The notes: generated by a model from the letters alone, not told the origin. 64,000 bases of DNA from Candidatus Nealsonbacteria bacterium DGGOD1a (GCA_022530585.1 CP092821.1:134222-198221), one strand, 5' to 3'. Numbered from the stretch's first letter, positions 17,535-26,702 are shown. Program-made: numbers and translations.

Positions 17535-18746
17535 ATGGTTGAATTCTTAAGTTTGTCAAAAGAAGCTTTCGGCTTGGAAATAACCGATACCGCCGTCAGA
17601 GTGATGAAGCTTGCTCGCCGGAAAGGAAAGCTGGCGGCGGTTTCGCTGGGATTGGCGGCATTGGAAAAAGGGATAATAAAAGAGGGCGTTATCCAGGACG
17701 GAGAAAAGCTGGCCGCCGCGATAAAAGCGGCGTTGGCCGGCGCGGCCGGAGAAAAAATCCGGACCCGCTATGTTGTCGTTTCCCTGCCGGAGAGCAAGGC
17801 TTTTTTGCAGGTGATTACGATGCCGAAATTGAAAGGCAACGATTTGCGCGCCGCGGTTGTTTTTGAGGCCGAAAATTACATTCCTTTGCCGCTGGAAAAG
17901 GTCTACCTTGATTTTGAGATTGTGCCGCCGGTTTTGGAAAGGCCGGATTGCTGCGAGGTTTTGATCGCGGCGATTCCCCGGGAGATAATCGATTCCCGCG
18001 TTTGCGCCATTGGCAAAGCGGGATTGATCCCGATCGTTATGGAGCTTGAATCGCAGGCGCTGGCGCGGATATTGTCCAAAGAAAAGGAGATGAAATCTCC
18101 CACGGTGATTATCCAGATTGGCGATGCCAAGACGATTTTGGCGGTCTACTCCGAAAATTCGATCAGATTTTCTTTCACCATACCGATTTCAAACCGTTAT
18201 TTCATTGAAACGATAATGGATAGCGTCCAAGCGGACGCCGTTTGGGCCGAGCGTTTGAAAGTCGAATGCGGAATTGAAGAATTCGCGCGCCCGGACGGCG
18301 CGAAAAATTCCGAGGCCGAACCGGCCGGAGAGAAAAGAAAAATTTTTGAGGCGCTGGTTCCGGGATTGGTTGATTTTGTCCAGCAGATACAAAAATGCAT
18401 TCGATATTATCAAACTCACGAAGATGCCGGTACCGGGTCGTGGAAAAAAAATTTTGACAAAGTTTTAATTTGCGGCAGCGGTTCGAACTTGAAAGGATTG
18501 GATGAATTTCTCGCGTTAAAACTTAACGCGCCGGTCTGGCGGGCGCAACTGCCGCTTGATTTTGATCGAGCCGGATTGAAAATTACGGATCAGTTTGCCG
18601 AGAATGAATTCGGATTCGCGGTCGCCGCCGGGCTGGCGTTGCGCGCGCTGGATCAAGCCGGCGGAGAAACGAAAACTATGCCGAAAAATAAAATACCGGC
18701 GCCCGAAAAAAATCTGCGCGGCCGGGTGCGCGTGAAATCAAAATAA
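17535..18746 (+). CDS. pilM: Type IV pilus assembly protein PilM (actin-like ATPase fold)
   Basis: 403 aa; AFGLEITDTAVRVMKL start, ..VIIQIGDAKT.., LICGSGSNLKGLDEFL. Confidence 0.75.
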   Translation: MVEFLSLSKEAFGLEITDTAVRVMKLARRKGKLAAVSLGLAALEKGIIKEGVIQDGEKLAAAIKAALAGAAGEKIRTRYVVVSLPESKAFLQVITMPKLKGNDLRAAVVFEAENYIPLPLEKVYLDFEIVPPVLERPDCCEVLIAAIPREIIDSRVCAIGKAGLIPIVMELESQALARILSKEKEMKSPTVIIQIGDAKTILAVYSENSIRFSFTIPISNRYFIETIMDSVQADAVWAERLKVECGIEEFARPDGAKNSEAEPAGEKRKIFEALVPGLVDFVQQIQKCIRYYQTHEDAGTGSWKKNFDKVLICGSGSNLKGLDEFLALKLNAPVWRAQLPLDFDRAGLKITDQFAENEFGFAVAAGLALRALDQAGGETKTMPKNKIPAPEKNLRGRVRVKSK

Positions 18747-18763
18747 TTTTCGCCGTTAAACCG

Positions 18764-19294
18764 ATGATTAATTTATTGCCCCAATACTGGCAAAACAAAT
18801 TGCGCCAAGAAGAAATGTCCAAGATTGCCGCGATCCTCGGCATTGTGGCCGTATTCTCGCTGGTTTTGTTTATTTTTATGTTGGCGCTGGTGCGGGTTTT
18901 TTATTACGCCCAGCTTGAATCCGGACTGGTGGTTTTGGCGGAGAAGGAACGGCAAATGGCGATTTTTAATGTTGAAGAGATTGAAAAGCAAGCCGTTGAC
19001 CGCGGCAATCTGGCTTCCAAGATCGCCGATTTTTACGCAAAGCAGATTAAGGTTACGGAAGTTTTCACCAAGGTGGCCGCGACCTTGCCGCCGGGAGTGG
19101 TTTTGTCAAAGTTTGGCTATGTATCGCCGAGCGTTTATTTGGAGGGGTATTCTCCCGACCGCGCCGCGCTGGTGATTTTCAAAGAAAATTTGGAAAAGCA
19201 AGCCGATTTTAAGAAAATGGTTTTCCCTCCCGAAAACTGGCTTACGGCGCGGGATATCAAGTTTGGCGTTAATTTTGAATATGCAAAACCTTAA
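18764..19294 (+). CDS. pilN: PilN-like fimbrial assembly protein
   Basis: MINLLPQ start, single TM, 176 aa, directly after pilM. Confidence 0.65.
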   Translation: MINLLPQYWQNKLRQEEMSKIAAILGIVAVFSLVLFIFMLALVRVFYYAQLESGLVVLAEKERQMAIFNVEEIEKQAVDRGNLASKIADFYAKQIKVTEVFTKVAATLPPGVVLSKFGYVSPSVYLEGYSPDRAALVIFKENLEKQADFKKMVFPPENWLTARDIKFGVNFEYAKP

Positions 19295-19835
19295 AAACAA
19301 ACCATTGATTGTTGCGGCGGTGTTCGCGGCAATCGTGTTGGCGCTGGTTTTTCTCGTTGCCGCGCCGTTGATCGCAAATATCAATAATGCCGGTTTGCGG
19401 ATTGCCCAACAGCAAGTCAAGATTGACGACTATGACCGGCGCCTTTCGGATGTTCGCGAATTTATCGCGTTTAAAAAAGACGAAAAAATTAATTTTGAAA
19501 GAATGGAGAAAGTTTTTGTTGACAGCCGGATGCCGCTTGATTTCATAAATTTTCTGGAAGCCGCGGCCCAAGACTGCGGCGTTGGCATTAAATTTTCATC
19601 GTCAATGCCGCGGCAAGCCGTTAAGGGGGAATGGCCTTCGATTTCGATTGAAGCGGATATTTCGGGAAACATTTCCAATATCTTTCAATTTGTCGAAAAG
19701 ATCGAGAACAGTCCCTATTTGCTGGCGGCGCAGAATTTCGAGATTAGCTCCAATTTGCCGGATGCCGCCGCGCCGGAATTATCCGCGAGCGGCGGCGGCA
19801 AGGCGCATATTTTATTGAAAGCTTATGCGGAATAA
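19281..19835 (+). CDS. pilO: PilO-like protein
   Basis: N-terminal TM (LIVAAVFAAIVLALVFLVAAPL) then coiled-coil, position after pilN; ATG 19281 preferred to 19263. Confidence 0.5.
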   Translation: MQNLKNKPLIVAAVFAAIVLALVFLVAAPLIANINNAGLRIAQQQVKIDDYDRRLSDVREFIAFKKDEKINFERMEKVFVDSRMPLDFINFLEAAAQDCGVGIKFSSSMPRQAVKGEWPSISIEADISGNISNIFQFVEKIENSPYLLAAQNFEISSNLPDAAAPELSASGGGKAHILLKAYAE

Positions 19836-20151
19836 CGATCAAAACAAATTCCAATCGGCGGTAGGGGCGTTTTTTAAAAAAATCGCGCTCAAGCCGTTTT
19901 TGGCGTTTTTCTTTTTGGCGGTGGTCGGCGCGGCGTTTTCAGCGTTGATTTTTTTAAATGTTCAGCGTTTGGCGACGGACATTGAAACAACGGCGATGGC
20001 GGATAAATCGTTTGGCGCGGTTAAAGCGAAGAAATTTCGCGATGTTTTTCTGGCGCTGGATCGGCGAAATGAGAGTATTGGCCAAACGCCCGCTTCGACC
20101 TATCCGGATGTATTTTTGCGCCCGGCCGGATTGACCGATTCCGAAAATTAA
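19825..20151 (+). CDS. Small membrane protein, last gene of pilMNO operon
   Basis: 108 aa, one TM (FLAFFFLAVVGAAFSALIFL), 11-nt overlap with pilO-like gene. Confidence 0.4.
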   Translation: MRNNDQNKFQSAVGAFFKKIALKPFLAFFFLAVVGAAFSALIFLNVQRLATDIETTAMADKSFGAVKAKKFRDVFLALDRRNESIGQTPASTYPDVFLRPAGLTDSEN

Positions 20152-20235
20152 GCAATAATCCTTTTGCCGGCGTTTGTTTGCTGTTTATGGTTAGCCGGCG
20201 CGTTTTGCGTTTCCCTGTTTTTTTATTAATAAAAC

Positions 20236-20307
20236 GCCCCTATAGCTTAATGGATAAAGCTACTGCCTTCTAAGCCGTAGATGCAGGTCCGATTCCTGCT
20301 AGGGGCA
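20236..20307 (+). tRNA. tRNA-Arg (anticodon TCT)
   Basis: Manual cloverleaf: acceptor GCCCCTA/TAGGGGC, D arm GCTT/AAGC, anticodon loop CTTCTAA, T arm GCAGG-TCCGATT-CCTGC; 72 nt, no encoded CCA. Confidence 0.85.
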
Positions 20308-20396
20308 CTGATTAAAAATTTTCAAATGAATACAAGATATGAGGCGGGCTGGATTTTTTGATTAAAATAAGGTATTATCGTTTTGTAAAGTTTTAT

Positions 20397-20470
20397 GGTG
20401 GGCGTAGCTCAACGGTTAGAGTTTCGCACTGTGGATGCGAAGGTTGGGGGTCCGAATCCCCTCGCTCACC
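20397..20470 (+). tRNA. tRNA-His (anticodon GTG) with G-1
   Basis: Extra 5' G, acceptor GTGGGCG/CGCTCAC, anticodon stem TCGCA/TGCGA with loop CTGTGGA, T arm GGGGG-TCCGAAT-CCCCT. Confidence 0.85.
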
Positions 20471-20550
20471 CTGCTAGAATTTGAAGCTAAAATTTAATAC
20501 CCTCTACGGGAAATCCGAACCGCTTAACATTTGTTGAGCTTTTTGGTTTG
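20471..20550 (+). repeat. tRNA-His 3'-flank unit, copy U1 (repeated at 28901 and 30349)
   Basis: CTGCTAGAATTTGAAGCTAAAATTTAATACCCTCTACGGGAAATCCGAACC...; followed by TTGACA(20559)-16 nt-TAGTAT(20581). Confidence 0.6.
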
Positions 20551-20653
20551 GCAGCGAGTTGACAGAAATCTGTTTTCGTATAGTATTTTAGGGTAAGATC
20601 GTGAGCACATCTGCTCATAAAAAATAAGGTCGGATTATTAAGGAGAGGATACA

Positions 20654-21127
20654 GTGATACTGGATAAGAGTTTAATCCAAAAAGCGATTGAATTGGTAAC
20701 GCCTGGTGCCGTTGCCATATTGAACAGCGAGGGGACTACATGGGGACCAAAGTTTGCTCATGGGTATGTATACGCAGAAGAATCTGGAGCCGGAGATGTT
20801 GAATTCCATTTCGGCGACATAACTGTTCCATGGGATTCAAAATGGGGCGAGCAAAAAGATTTTGCTTATGTTGCATGGAGAAAGCTCAACGCCGCATGGC
20901 GCGAGAAGAAATCAACAAGTGAGGTTGTTGCCCTTGATCCTTGGCGACTGCGAGAAAAGGAATTTCTCTATTCCGGAGGGGCATACAGATATGGAATTGC
21001 AGTAGGTGTATCAGGGGCCTTGGGTAGAACCGATGAAGCTCTGGCCGAGATGGTTCTTTCTGCGATCATTATGTTAGCAAGGATTGAGGCCGATAAGAGA
21101 ATGGCTGAGCATAGGATGGAAATATAA
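20654..21127 (+). CDS. Hypothetical protein, possibly GlcG/DUF336-like
   Basis: GTG start with strong SD AAGGAGAGG; C-terminal GIAVGVSGALGRTDEALAEMV resembles the DUF336 GAIGVSG..D motif (weak). Confidence 0.5.
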   Translation: MILDKSLIQKAIELVTPGAVAILNSEGTTWGPKFAHGYVYAEESGAGDVEFHFGDITVPWDSKWGEQKDFAYVAWRKLNAAWREKKSTSEVVALDPWRLREKEFLYSGGAYRYGIAVGVSGALGRTDEALAEMVLSAIIMLARIEADKRMAEHRMEI

Positions 21128-21196
21128 AGTTTCAATAAAGGGCTTTGCCCGCTGGGGAATATCAACCTCAGTCTTTTTTTACTCACGCTGCTGTAG

Positions 21197-21231
21197 TCAA
21201 ATAGGTTCGAACATCGTATGCCAGACGACCC
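21197..21231 (+). repeat. Cassette-boundary motif copy 1 of 5 (core CGAACATCG-N-W-TGCCAGAYGACC)
   Basis: TCAAATAGGTTCGAACATCGTATGCCAGACGACCC. Confidence 0.7.
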
Positions 21232-21376
21232 AAGTTATTATATCGTCCCGTTGGAGGGCCGATTTTATCGAAATTATAACCAAAAGGATTATTTTCGGTT
21301 TTTAGTTAATTACGATTGTTGGTATTTACAAAAAATATAAATTGTGGTAAATTAATACTACACTAATTCCAAAAAA

Positions 21377-21754
21377 ATGTTCAAAAATCTTAAAAAGTTT
21401 GGTCAACATTTGAAGGAGTTGCGAACCGAAAAGGGGCTAGGATTAAGGGAGTTTTGCAAAATAGTTGATTACGACCCAAGCAATTGGAGCAAAATTGAAA
21501 GAGGTATAATTGCTCCTCCGGCAGATGAAGAAATTTTGAGAAAGTGGGCGAAAGTATTGGGTATTTCGGGAAAGGAGGAGGCTTTGAGAGATTTTGTTGA
21601 CGAGGCAAGCATAGCCCAAGGTATAATTCCCGAAGATATCCTTTCAAAGGAAAATGCAGTTGAGTATTTGCCCGCTTTTTTCCGTACCGTTCGTAATGAA
21701 AAGCCGACGAAGGAAGATATTGACAATCTTATCAACACAATAAGAAATGCATAG
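21377..21754 (+). CDS. XRE-family HTH transcriptional regulator
   Basis: LKELRTEKGLGLREFCKIVDYDPSNWSKIERG. Confidence 0.8.
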   Translation: MFKNLKKFGQHLKELRTEKGLGLREFCKIVDYDPSNWSKIERGIIAPPADEEILRKWAKVLGISGKEEALRDFVDEASIAQGIIPEDILSKENAVEYLPAFFRTVRNEKPTKEDIDNLINTIRNA

Positions 21755-21817
21755 AGAAGGCTATGAAAAATACCGGTTGAAAAATTCAGGCAGAAAGTAT
21801 GGGACGATACCATTCCG

Positions 21818-22336
21818 GTGGATATTGAGAGGATTGTTGAATTTGGCTTAAAAATAGACATAATACCTACGCCTGGATTGGCGAGATTGTCCAACGCGGA
21901 CGCGCTCATCACTTCCAATTGGGAAGCGGTTTATATTGATAATGCGAAATATATGGACGAGCGTTATCAAAGCCGGATTCGTTTTTCTTTGGCCCACGAA
22001 ATAGGGCATTTTATTTTACACAAGAAGCTTTACGGAACTTTCGGGATAAACGATATTACAGATTTTTATAAATTTTTTGAGCAAATTTCGACAATTCAAT
22101 ACGGATATTTGGAATCACAGGCAAATAAATTCGCCAATCTCTTATTAATACCTCGCGGCAAATTATCGCAAGAAAGGAATAGTTTTTTGCGGGACTTGGA
22201 GGCGATGGGGAATATGCCATCAATTGAAGATGAAAATGTGTTTAATTCATATTTAGCTATTCCTATGGCCAAAGTTTTCGGGGTATCAGAGAAAGTGGCA
22301 GAAATAGCGTTGGGCAATATAAGGGGAGAAAAGTAG
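21818..22336 (+). CDS. ImmA/IrrE-family metallopeptidase
   Basis: HEXXH LAHEIGHFILH; GTG start is the first start codon after the upstream in-frame stop (21764-21766); paired with upstream XRE gene. Confidence 0.75.
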   Translation: MDIERIVEFGLKIDIIPTPGLARLSNADALITSNWEAVYIDNAKYMDERYQSRIRFSLAHEIGHFILHKKLYGTFGINDITDFYKFFEQISTIQYGYLESQANKFANLLLIPRGKLSQERNSFLRDLEAMGNMPSIEDENVFNSYLAIPMAKVFGVSEKVAEIALGNIRGEK

Positions 22337-22534
22337 AAAATAGGGTAAATGGGAAAGCGCCGTGAAATCAATAAGCTTTGATTTTTAATAAATATCTAAG
22401 AACTTGGACAAATAAAGGGGAATTTACAATAATTCCTTTACCGCGGCGATTTTGTAGCGCAAATCTTCCATATATGCCTCGTCTTGGAGGATTTTGATTA
22501 CTTCGGTTATTAGAGCGGATGGTTCCTGACCCTG

Positions 22535-22936
22535 CTAAAAATTAAGTTCAAATTTGATATGCTGTTTTGTCGTTATCCATTCTTCGGGTTTGGCTTTGAG
22601 CTTGATTTTAAAAAATTTGATTTGGAAAAGCAAAATCATAAAAAATTGTTCGCCCTCGAATAGACCTATTCTTTCGCCCAATGCTTGGAAATTGTCGGTG
22701 ATAAAATACCGCCAGCTACTTTCTTTGGAAATTTTGGGATTGAGATAAATTCGATTGTTTTCCGTGTCCGCTATTCCTAAAAGTTTCTTTTTAGCTTTCC
22801 ACCTAACCAACGGACATTTCCCGCGCCTAAAATAAGGGTTCGCGAATTTTTGCAATAATCTGATTTTTGGTTTCATATTTTGTTGTTGTCCCGTTATGTA
22901 TTTTTCCCATTTTATACTTTTTTTATAAATTAACAA
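22535..22936 (-). CDS. Hypothetical protein (TAG stop followed by in-frame 36-codon conserved segment 22424-22534)
   Basis: 133-aa ORF, no recognisable intact motif. Confidence 0.4.
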   Translation of the reverse strand: MLIYKKSIKWEKYITGQQQNMKPKIRLLQKFANPYFRRGKCPLVRWKAKKKLLGIADTENNRIYLNPKISKESSWRYFITDNFQALGERIGLFEGEQFFMILLFQIKFFKIKLKAKPEEWITTKQHIKFELNF

Positions 22937-23039
22937 AAATCAATAAATATAGAAGTCAAACTTGATAACAGGTAAAATTGAAGTTGACTTTTAAGCGTAA
23001 TGTTATATTTTGATTATTAGCAATTTAGAGGTGATTTCT

Positions 23040-23270
23040 GTGGCATTTGAAGTTAAAGAAGGCGAAAGTTTTGCAGATGCTCTTAAAAGAGAAGTCCGCA
23101 ACGGGGTGTTTGTTGAGATATGTGATGTGCAAAGAATGTGGGCGCAACAAAAGAATATCGCGCGGCGATATTTGTGCCCGTTGCCAAGAAAAACTCGTAC
23201 GCAAAAAGAGAAGACAATAAATCTTCTCATTTTAATTTTTAATGATGAGCGATTGTCTGTTTTAAAATAA
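23040..23270 (+). CDS. Small hypothetical protein
   Basis: GTG 23040 preceded by GAGGTGA SD-like; no motif. Confidence 0.3.
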   Translation: MAFEVKEGESFADALKREVRNGVFVEICDVQRMWAQQKNIARRYLCPLPRKTRTQKEKTINLLILIFNDERLSVLK

Positions 23271-23313
23271 AAAAGACGATGGGCGAATTGATTTTATCTT
23301 CGCAACATCGACC

Positions 23314-23964
23314 TTATGCGTATTGTTCTATTGGGCTAAGGCAATTTGTTTTTGTAAATTCCAAATTTTGCAAATCAATTGCCAAATCCAGCATTTTTCT
23401 AAACTCTTGTAAATTCAATTTTCCTTTTATCCTTACCTCCATTTTTCTGCTTACGGCATTGTATATATGCACCTGCCAATCCTCAAACCCCGTAAGCCAG
23501 CAGTAGCATTGGGCTTGGAATGTTCCCGCTATTATTTGCCGTTCTTTGTTGCAAGGATAGCGGTAGGTTTTCAACTCCAAGGCTTCACCGGTATCAATGT
23601 TTAACTTGTCGGGCTGTCCCACAACTTTAATTCTTTGCCCGATATTCTTGCAATAATAATACCGGGGGAATATTTCATCCTGCTCGTATCCCAGGAGCCT
23701 GTGCAGTTCGTTTCCGTTCGGGATTGAACTTTCCGGCCTCCAAGTGGTGTTTAGCCACCAAGTTTCATCTCCGTTAAAGAACAACAGCTTTGTCGCTTCT
23801 CCCGCGGTTATTTTCCTTTCATTCGGCGCAATGTTTTCAACGCATATCCGTATTTTGCTTTTGATGACACCACACCCTTTTTGCCCGCTTATTTTTAGTG
23901 GCTTGTCGAATTTTAAATTTGTAAGCCACTGTATAATGGTGGCATAAATCGAACAATAAGGCAA
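23314..23964 (-). CDS. PD-(D/E)XK nuclease-like (RecB/Cas4-like core motifs)
   Basis: 216 aa; GQPDKL ... EALELKT (D..ExK) followed by QAQCYCW (QxxxY). Confidence 0.45.
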   Translation of the reverse strand: MPYCSIYATIIQWLTNLKFDKPLKISGQKGCGVIKSKIRICVENIAPNERKITAGEATKLLFFNGDETWWLNTTWRPESSIPNGNELHRLLGYEQDEIFPRYYYCKNIGQRIKVVGQPDKLNIDTGEALELKTYRYPCNKERQIIAGTFQAQCYCWLTGFEDWQVHIYNAVSRKMEVRIKGKLNLQEFRKMLDLAIDLQNLEFTKTNCLSPIEQYA

Positions 23965-24123
23965 TTAAGTTTTTTTAAAAGGAATTAAGCTATATTGCGG
24001 CCAATTTTAGCTCGTTGATTGCCTTGATTTTGAACATTAGGCTTTCAATATAATTTCGGTCTTCCAGTATCTTCATTAACTGCGTTATAATACCATTTGG
24101 TACGCGACCCCATTTGCCCGTTA

Positions 24124-24357
24124 TTATAACTTGCTTGTTTTCAAGCAAAGTTTGAAATAAAAGGGTAGGAGTAGCTTTAATGATTTTTTGGTAGCGATAC
24201 CGCCGGCTTGTTTGAATATCGCCAGCGATAATACTTGGATGATCGGCAATGCCAATTTTCGACCGGTTTTGTTTGTGAGCTTGTCAATTTTTAATTGTTG
24301 TGAAAAAATACTTACCACCTTCCTGATTTCGTTGTAAAATGGAATTACAACTTTCAT
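24124..24357 (-). CDS. Short hypothetical ORF, possibly a gene remnant
   Basis: 77 aa; double stop; a homolog of the 22424-22534 segment follows in another frame (23990-24123). Confidence 0.3.
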   Translation of the reverse strand: MKVVIPFYNEIRKVVSIFSQQLKIDKLTNKTGRKLALPIIQVLSLAIFKQAGGIATKKSLKLLLPFYFKLCLKTSKL

Positions 24358-24441
24358 GTTGGTGTTGAGTCGGCGATTTACCGGTCGCCGGCTCTGGTGT
24401 CATTTTAGCATTTTTTAGGAGTTTCGTAATTCAAAGAAATT

Positions 24442-24684
24442 ATGAAGAAGATTTTAATCGTTTTATTTTTATTGGTTGGTTTACACTTAATATACTTAAT
24501 ATGGTATTTTGGGGGCTATTTGATTCCAGATAGGGCCGATTGCAGTTTGTATAATTACGAGAGGTGCCCTGTTGGTTGCGAAGCGAGTTGTCATAGTAGC
24601 TGTAAAGCGTGTCTGGATAAAATTTGCGATTGTTCTTCCGGGACCGATGTTAGCATATTCCATTATTTTGGGTGGGGTGAATAA
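24442..24684 (+). CDS. Small membrane-anchored Cys-rich protein
   Basis: 80 aa; TM then CSLYNYERCPVGCEASCHSSCKACLDKICDC; GTTTCGTAATTCAAAG box 5 nt upstream of ATG. Confidence 0.5.
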   Translation: MKKILIVLFLLVGLHLIYLIWYFGGYLIPDRADCSLYNYERCPVGCEASCHSSCKACLDKICDCSSGTDVSIFHYFGWGE

Positions 24685-24789
24685 TTAAGTGTTATGCACA
24701 GATTTTATCCTTTGAGAGATGATATTCAGAGTTGGTGCCATCTTTCTTAAAAGTCAAGGCGGTATGGATATTCTAATTTTTTAAAAAGT

Positions 24790-25182
24790 ATGCAAAACAA
24801 AATCAATAAATTTGTTTATTGGGCGCCGCGAATATTATCAATACTGTTTATATTGTTTTTGGCGATGTTTTCGCTGGATGTTTTTGAAGAGGGCAGGAGC
24901 TGGCAGGAAATCGCCATTGCGTTATTTATGCACAATGTTCCGGTGTTGGCTTTGCTGGCGGTATTGATTATTTCCTGGAAGCGTGAAATCGTGGGCGGCG
25001 TTGCGTTTATCTTGGCGGGCATATTGTATATTGCGATGGTAGCGGCGGGTGTTTTGAAAAATGGGTTTGAGTGGTATATGGTTTCGTGGTTTTTAACAAT
25101 TTCGGGGCCGGCGTTTTTGATTGGCGGTTTATTTTTGGTTGCTTGGCATAGAAAGAAGGATAAAACTATCAAAAAATCTTAA
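24790..25182 (+). CDS. Integral membrane protein (4 predicted TM)
   Basis: 130 aa, four hydrophobic stretches. Confidence 0.6.
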   Translation: MQNKINKFVYWAPRILSILFILFLAMFSLDVFEEGRSWQEIAIALFMHNVPVLALLAVLIISWKREIVGGVAFILAGILYIAMVAAGVLKNGFEWYMVSWFLTISGPAFLIGGLFLVAWHRKKDKTIKKS

Positions 25183-25279
25183 CGGTGAAAATTGCAATAT
25201 AAATTCTCATATTATAAGTTTCGCCGCGAAGTTATAATATGGGATTTGACTACACATTGATAATGTGTATAATTGAGGT

Positions 25280-25543
25280 ATGGAAAATCAAAATAATTCT
25301 ACAACTTATCAGCGGGTTGACATTACCCTTCCGAAGGAAACAGTCAGATTGCTTGAAAAAATCGCCAAGCGAGGCGATAGGAGCCGGTTGGTTGACCAGG
25401 CGATTCGTTATTTTGCCAAGGAAATGAGCCGAACTAATTTGAAAAAGCAGTTGAAAGATGGTGCGATAGTTAACGCTTCGCGAGATTTGAATTTGGTTGA
25501 AGAGTGGTTTTCAATCGATAATGAAGTATGCCCAAGCAAATAA
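25280..25543 (+). CDS. Ribbon-helix-helix (CopG/MazE-like) antitoxin
   Basis: YQRVDITLPKETVRLLEKIAKRGDRSRLVDQAIRYF; 16-nt overlap with mazF. Confidence 0.75.
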   Translation: MENQNNSTTYQRVDITLPKETVRLLEKIAKRGDRSRLVDQAIRYFAKEMSRTNLKKQLKDGAIVNASRDLNLVEEWFSIDNEVCPSK

Positions 25544-25890
25544 TTCCAAAACGAGGCGAGGTTTATTTGGTTAATTTTGACCCAACCATCGGTTCGGAAA
25601 TCAGAAAAACGAGGCCGGCTTTGATTATTCAAAATGATATTGCCAATCGTTATAGCCCGATAACGATTGTCGCGGCGATAACTTTGCAAGTTGGGGAGCG
25701 GATTTATCCAACCGAGGTGTTGATAGAGTTCGGGCGGAGTGATTTAGGCAAGCGGTGCGTGGTTTTGTTGAATCAAGTACGGGCGATTGATAAACAACGA
25801 TTAGTTAAAAGATTGGCGGTTTTTGATTCGGTTTTGATGGAAAAGATAAATCAGGCGTTGGAGATTAGCTTGGGATTAGTGGATTTATAA
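25528..25890 (+). CDS. mazF: MazF/PemK-family endoribonuclease toxin
   Basis: PKRGEVYLVNFDPTIGSEIRKTRPALIIQND. Confidence 0.85.
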   Translation: MPKQIIPKRGEVYLVNFDPTIGSEIRKTRPALIIQNDIANRYSPITIVAAITLQVGERIYPTEVLIEFGRSDLGKRCVVLLNQVRAIDKQRLVKRLAVFDSVLMEKINQALEISLGLVDL

Positions 25891-25921
25891 ACAGAAAGAG
25901 AGGGTTGAATTACCTCTCTAA

Positions 25922-26506
25922 TTATTGTTGCATAAACCAGGGCATCCCTACTCTTGCACTTGTTGCGTCCTCAAGGCCATTTCCGTCATCAAAAATTTCC
26001 TTTAATGTTAGTGGGAAATCTCTGATTAGTGGGAGGGGGCCGAGAAGATTTGTGAGCGAGAAGAACATTTCAGTTGTTTCCTCGTCAACTTTTACGGGAA
26101 GTCCAAGATTGTGTGCGTAGCTTGCCAGTTTGTTGACGCAATCCCATTGATGGAACCCTCCAAGAATTATCTCGGTTATATTTGAGATTTGGCCAAAGAT
26201 AGATTCCGGGTTAGGGTATTTGCGATGTTGGGTATGTTCTTTGAAGGATAATCCTGCCGAAATTATGGTGTCTTCCGGCTCTATTGTTATCCAACTGGCG
26301 AGCAAATCTTTGTCCGGTTTGTTCGGCGCGTTTTCTTGACCGAATAAAAGCCAGACTATTTTGTATTTTTTCTTACGATACCGTGCGCGAATGATGTCGT
26401 TTAATCTGCGCACATCATATTTGCCGTTTCTGAATTGATAAAAATTACCTATCTCATTTTCAAAGAACGGCTTAATTGGATAGAGGAATAAGAAAACCTT
26501 CATCAA
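25922..26506 (-). CDS. Hypothetical protein, weak isochorismatase/cysteine-hydrolase-like pattern
   Basis: 194 aa; IILGGFHQWDCVNKLASYAHNLGLPVKVDEE resembles the G..td.CV..Ta motif. Confidence 0.4.
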   Translation of the reverse strand: MMKVFLFLYPIKPFFENEIGNFYQFRNGKYDVRRLNDIIRARYRKKKYKIVWLLFGQENAPNKPDKDLLASWITIEPEDTIISAGLSFKEHTQHRKYPNPESIFGQISNITEIILGGFHQWDCVNKLASYAHNLGLPVKVDEETTEMFFSLTNLLGPLPLIRDFPLTLKEIFDDGNGLEDATSARVGMPWFMQQ

Positions 26507-26556
26507 ATTACCTCAATGGCATATTACACCATAATCATTCAAAATCAAGAATTGAT

Positions 26557-26590
26557 GAAGCAGGTGCGAACATCGATTGCCAGACGACCA
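26557..26590 (+). repeat. Cassette-boundary motif copy 2 of 5
   Basis: GAAGCAGGTGCGAACATCGATTGCCAGACGACCA. Confidence 0.7.
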
Positions 26591-26702
26591 AGCTTCAAAA
26601 AGTCGCTCAGCGGGCGGTTTTTTGGCTGGATGGGCGTAGGCGGGGTTTAGAAAAACCAGAGTTGACACCATTTTCACGACACCATTTTTCGTGCGCCAAA
26701 CC

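Noticed and set aside
21197-21231. The boundary motif as a displaced tRNA 3' half (a classical attR remnant).
   Set aside because: It starts GGYYCGAA like a T-arm, but the following bases cannot form a T-stem and acceptor strand, and it does not match the 3' end of tRNA-His, tRNA-Arg or tRNA-Gly in the window.
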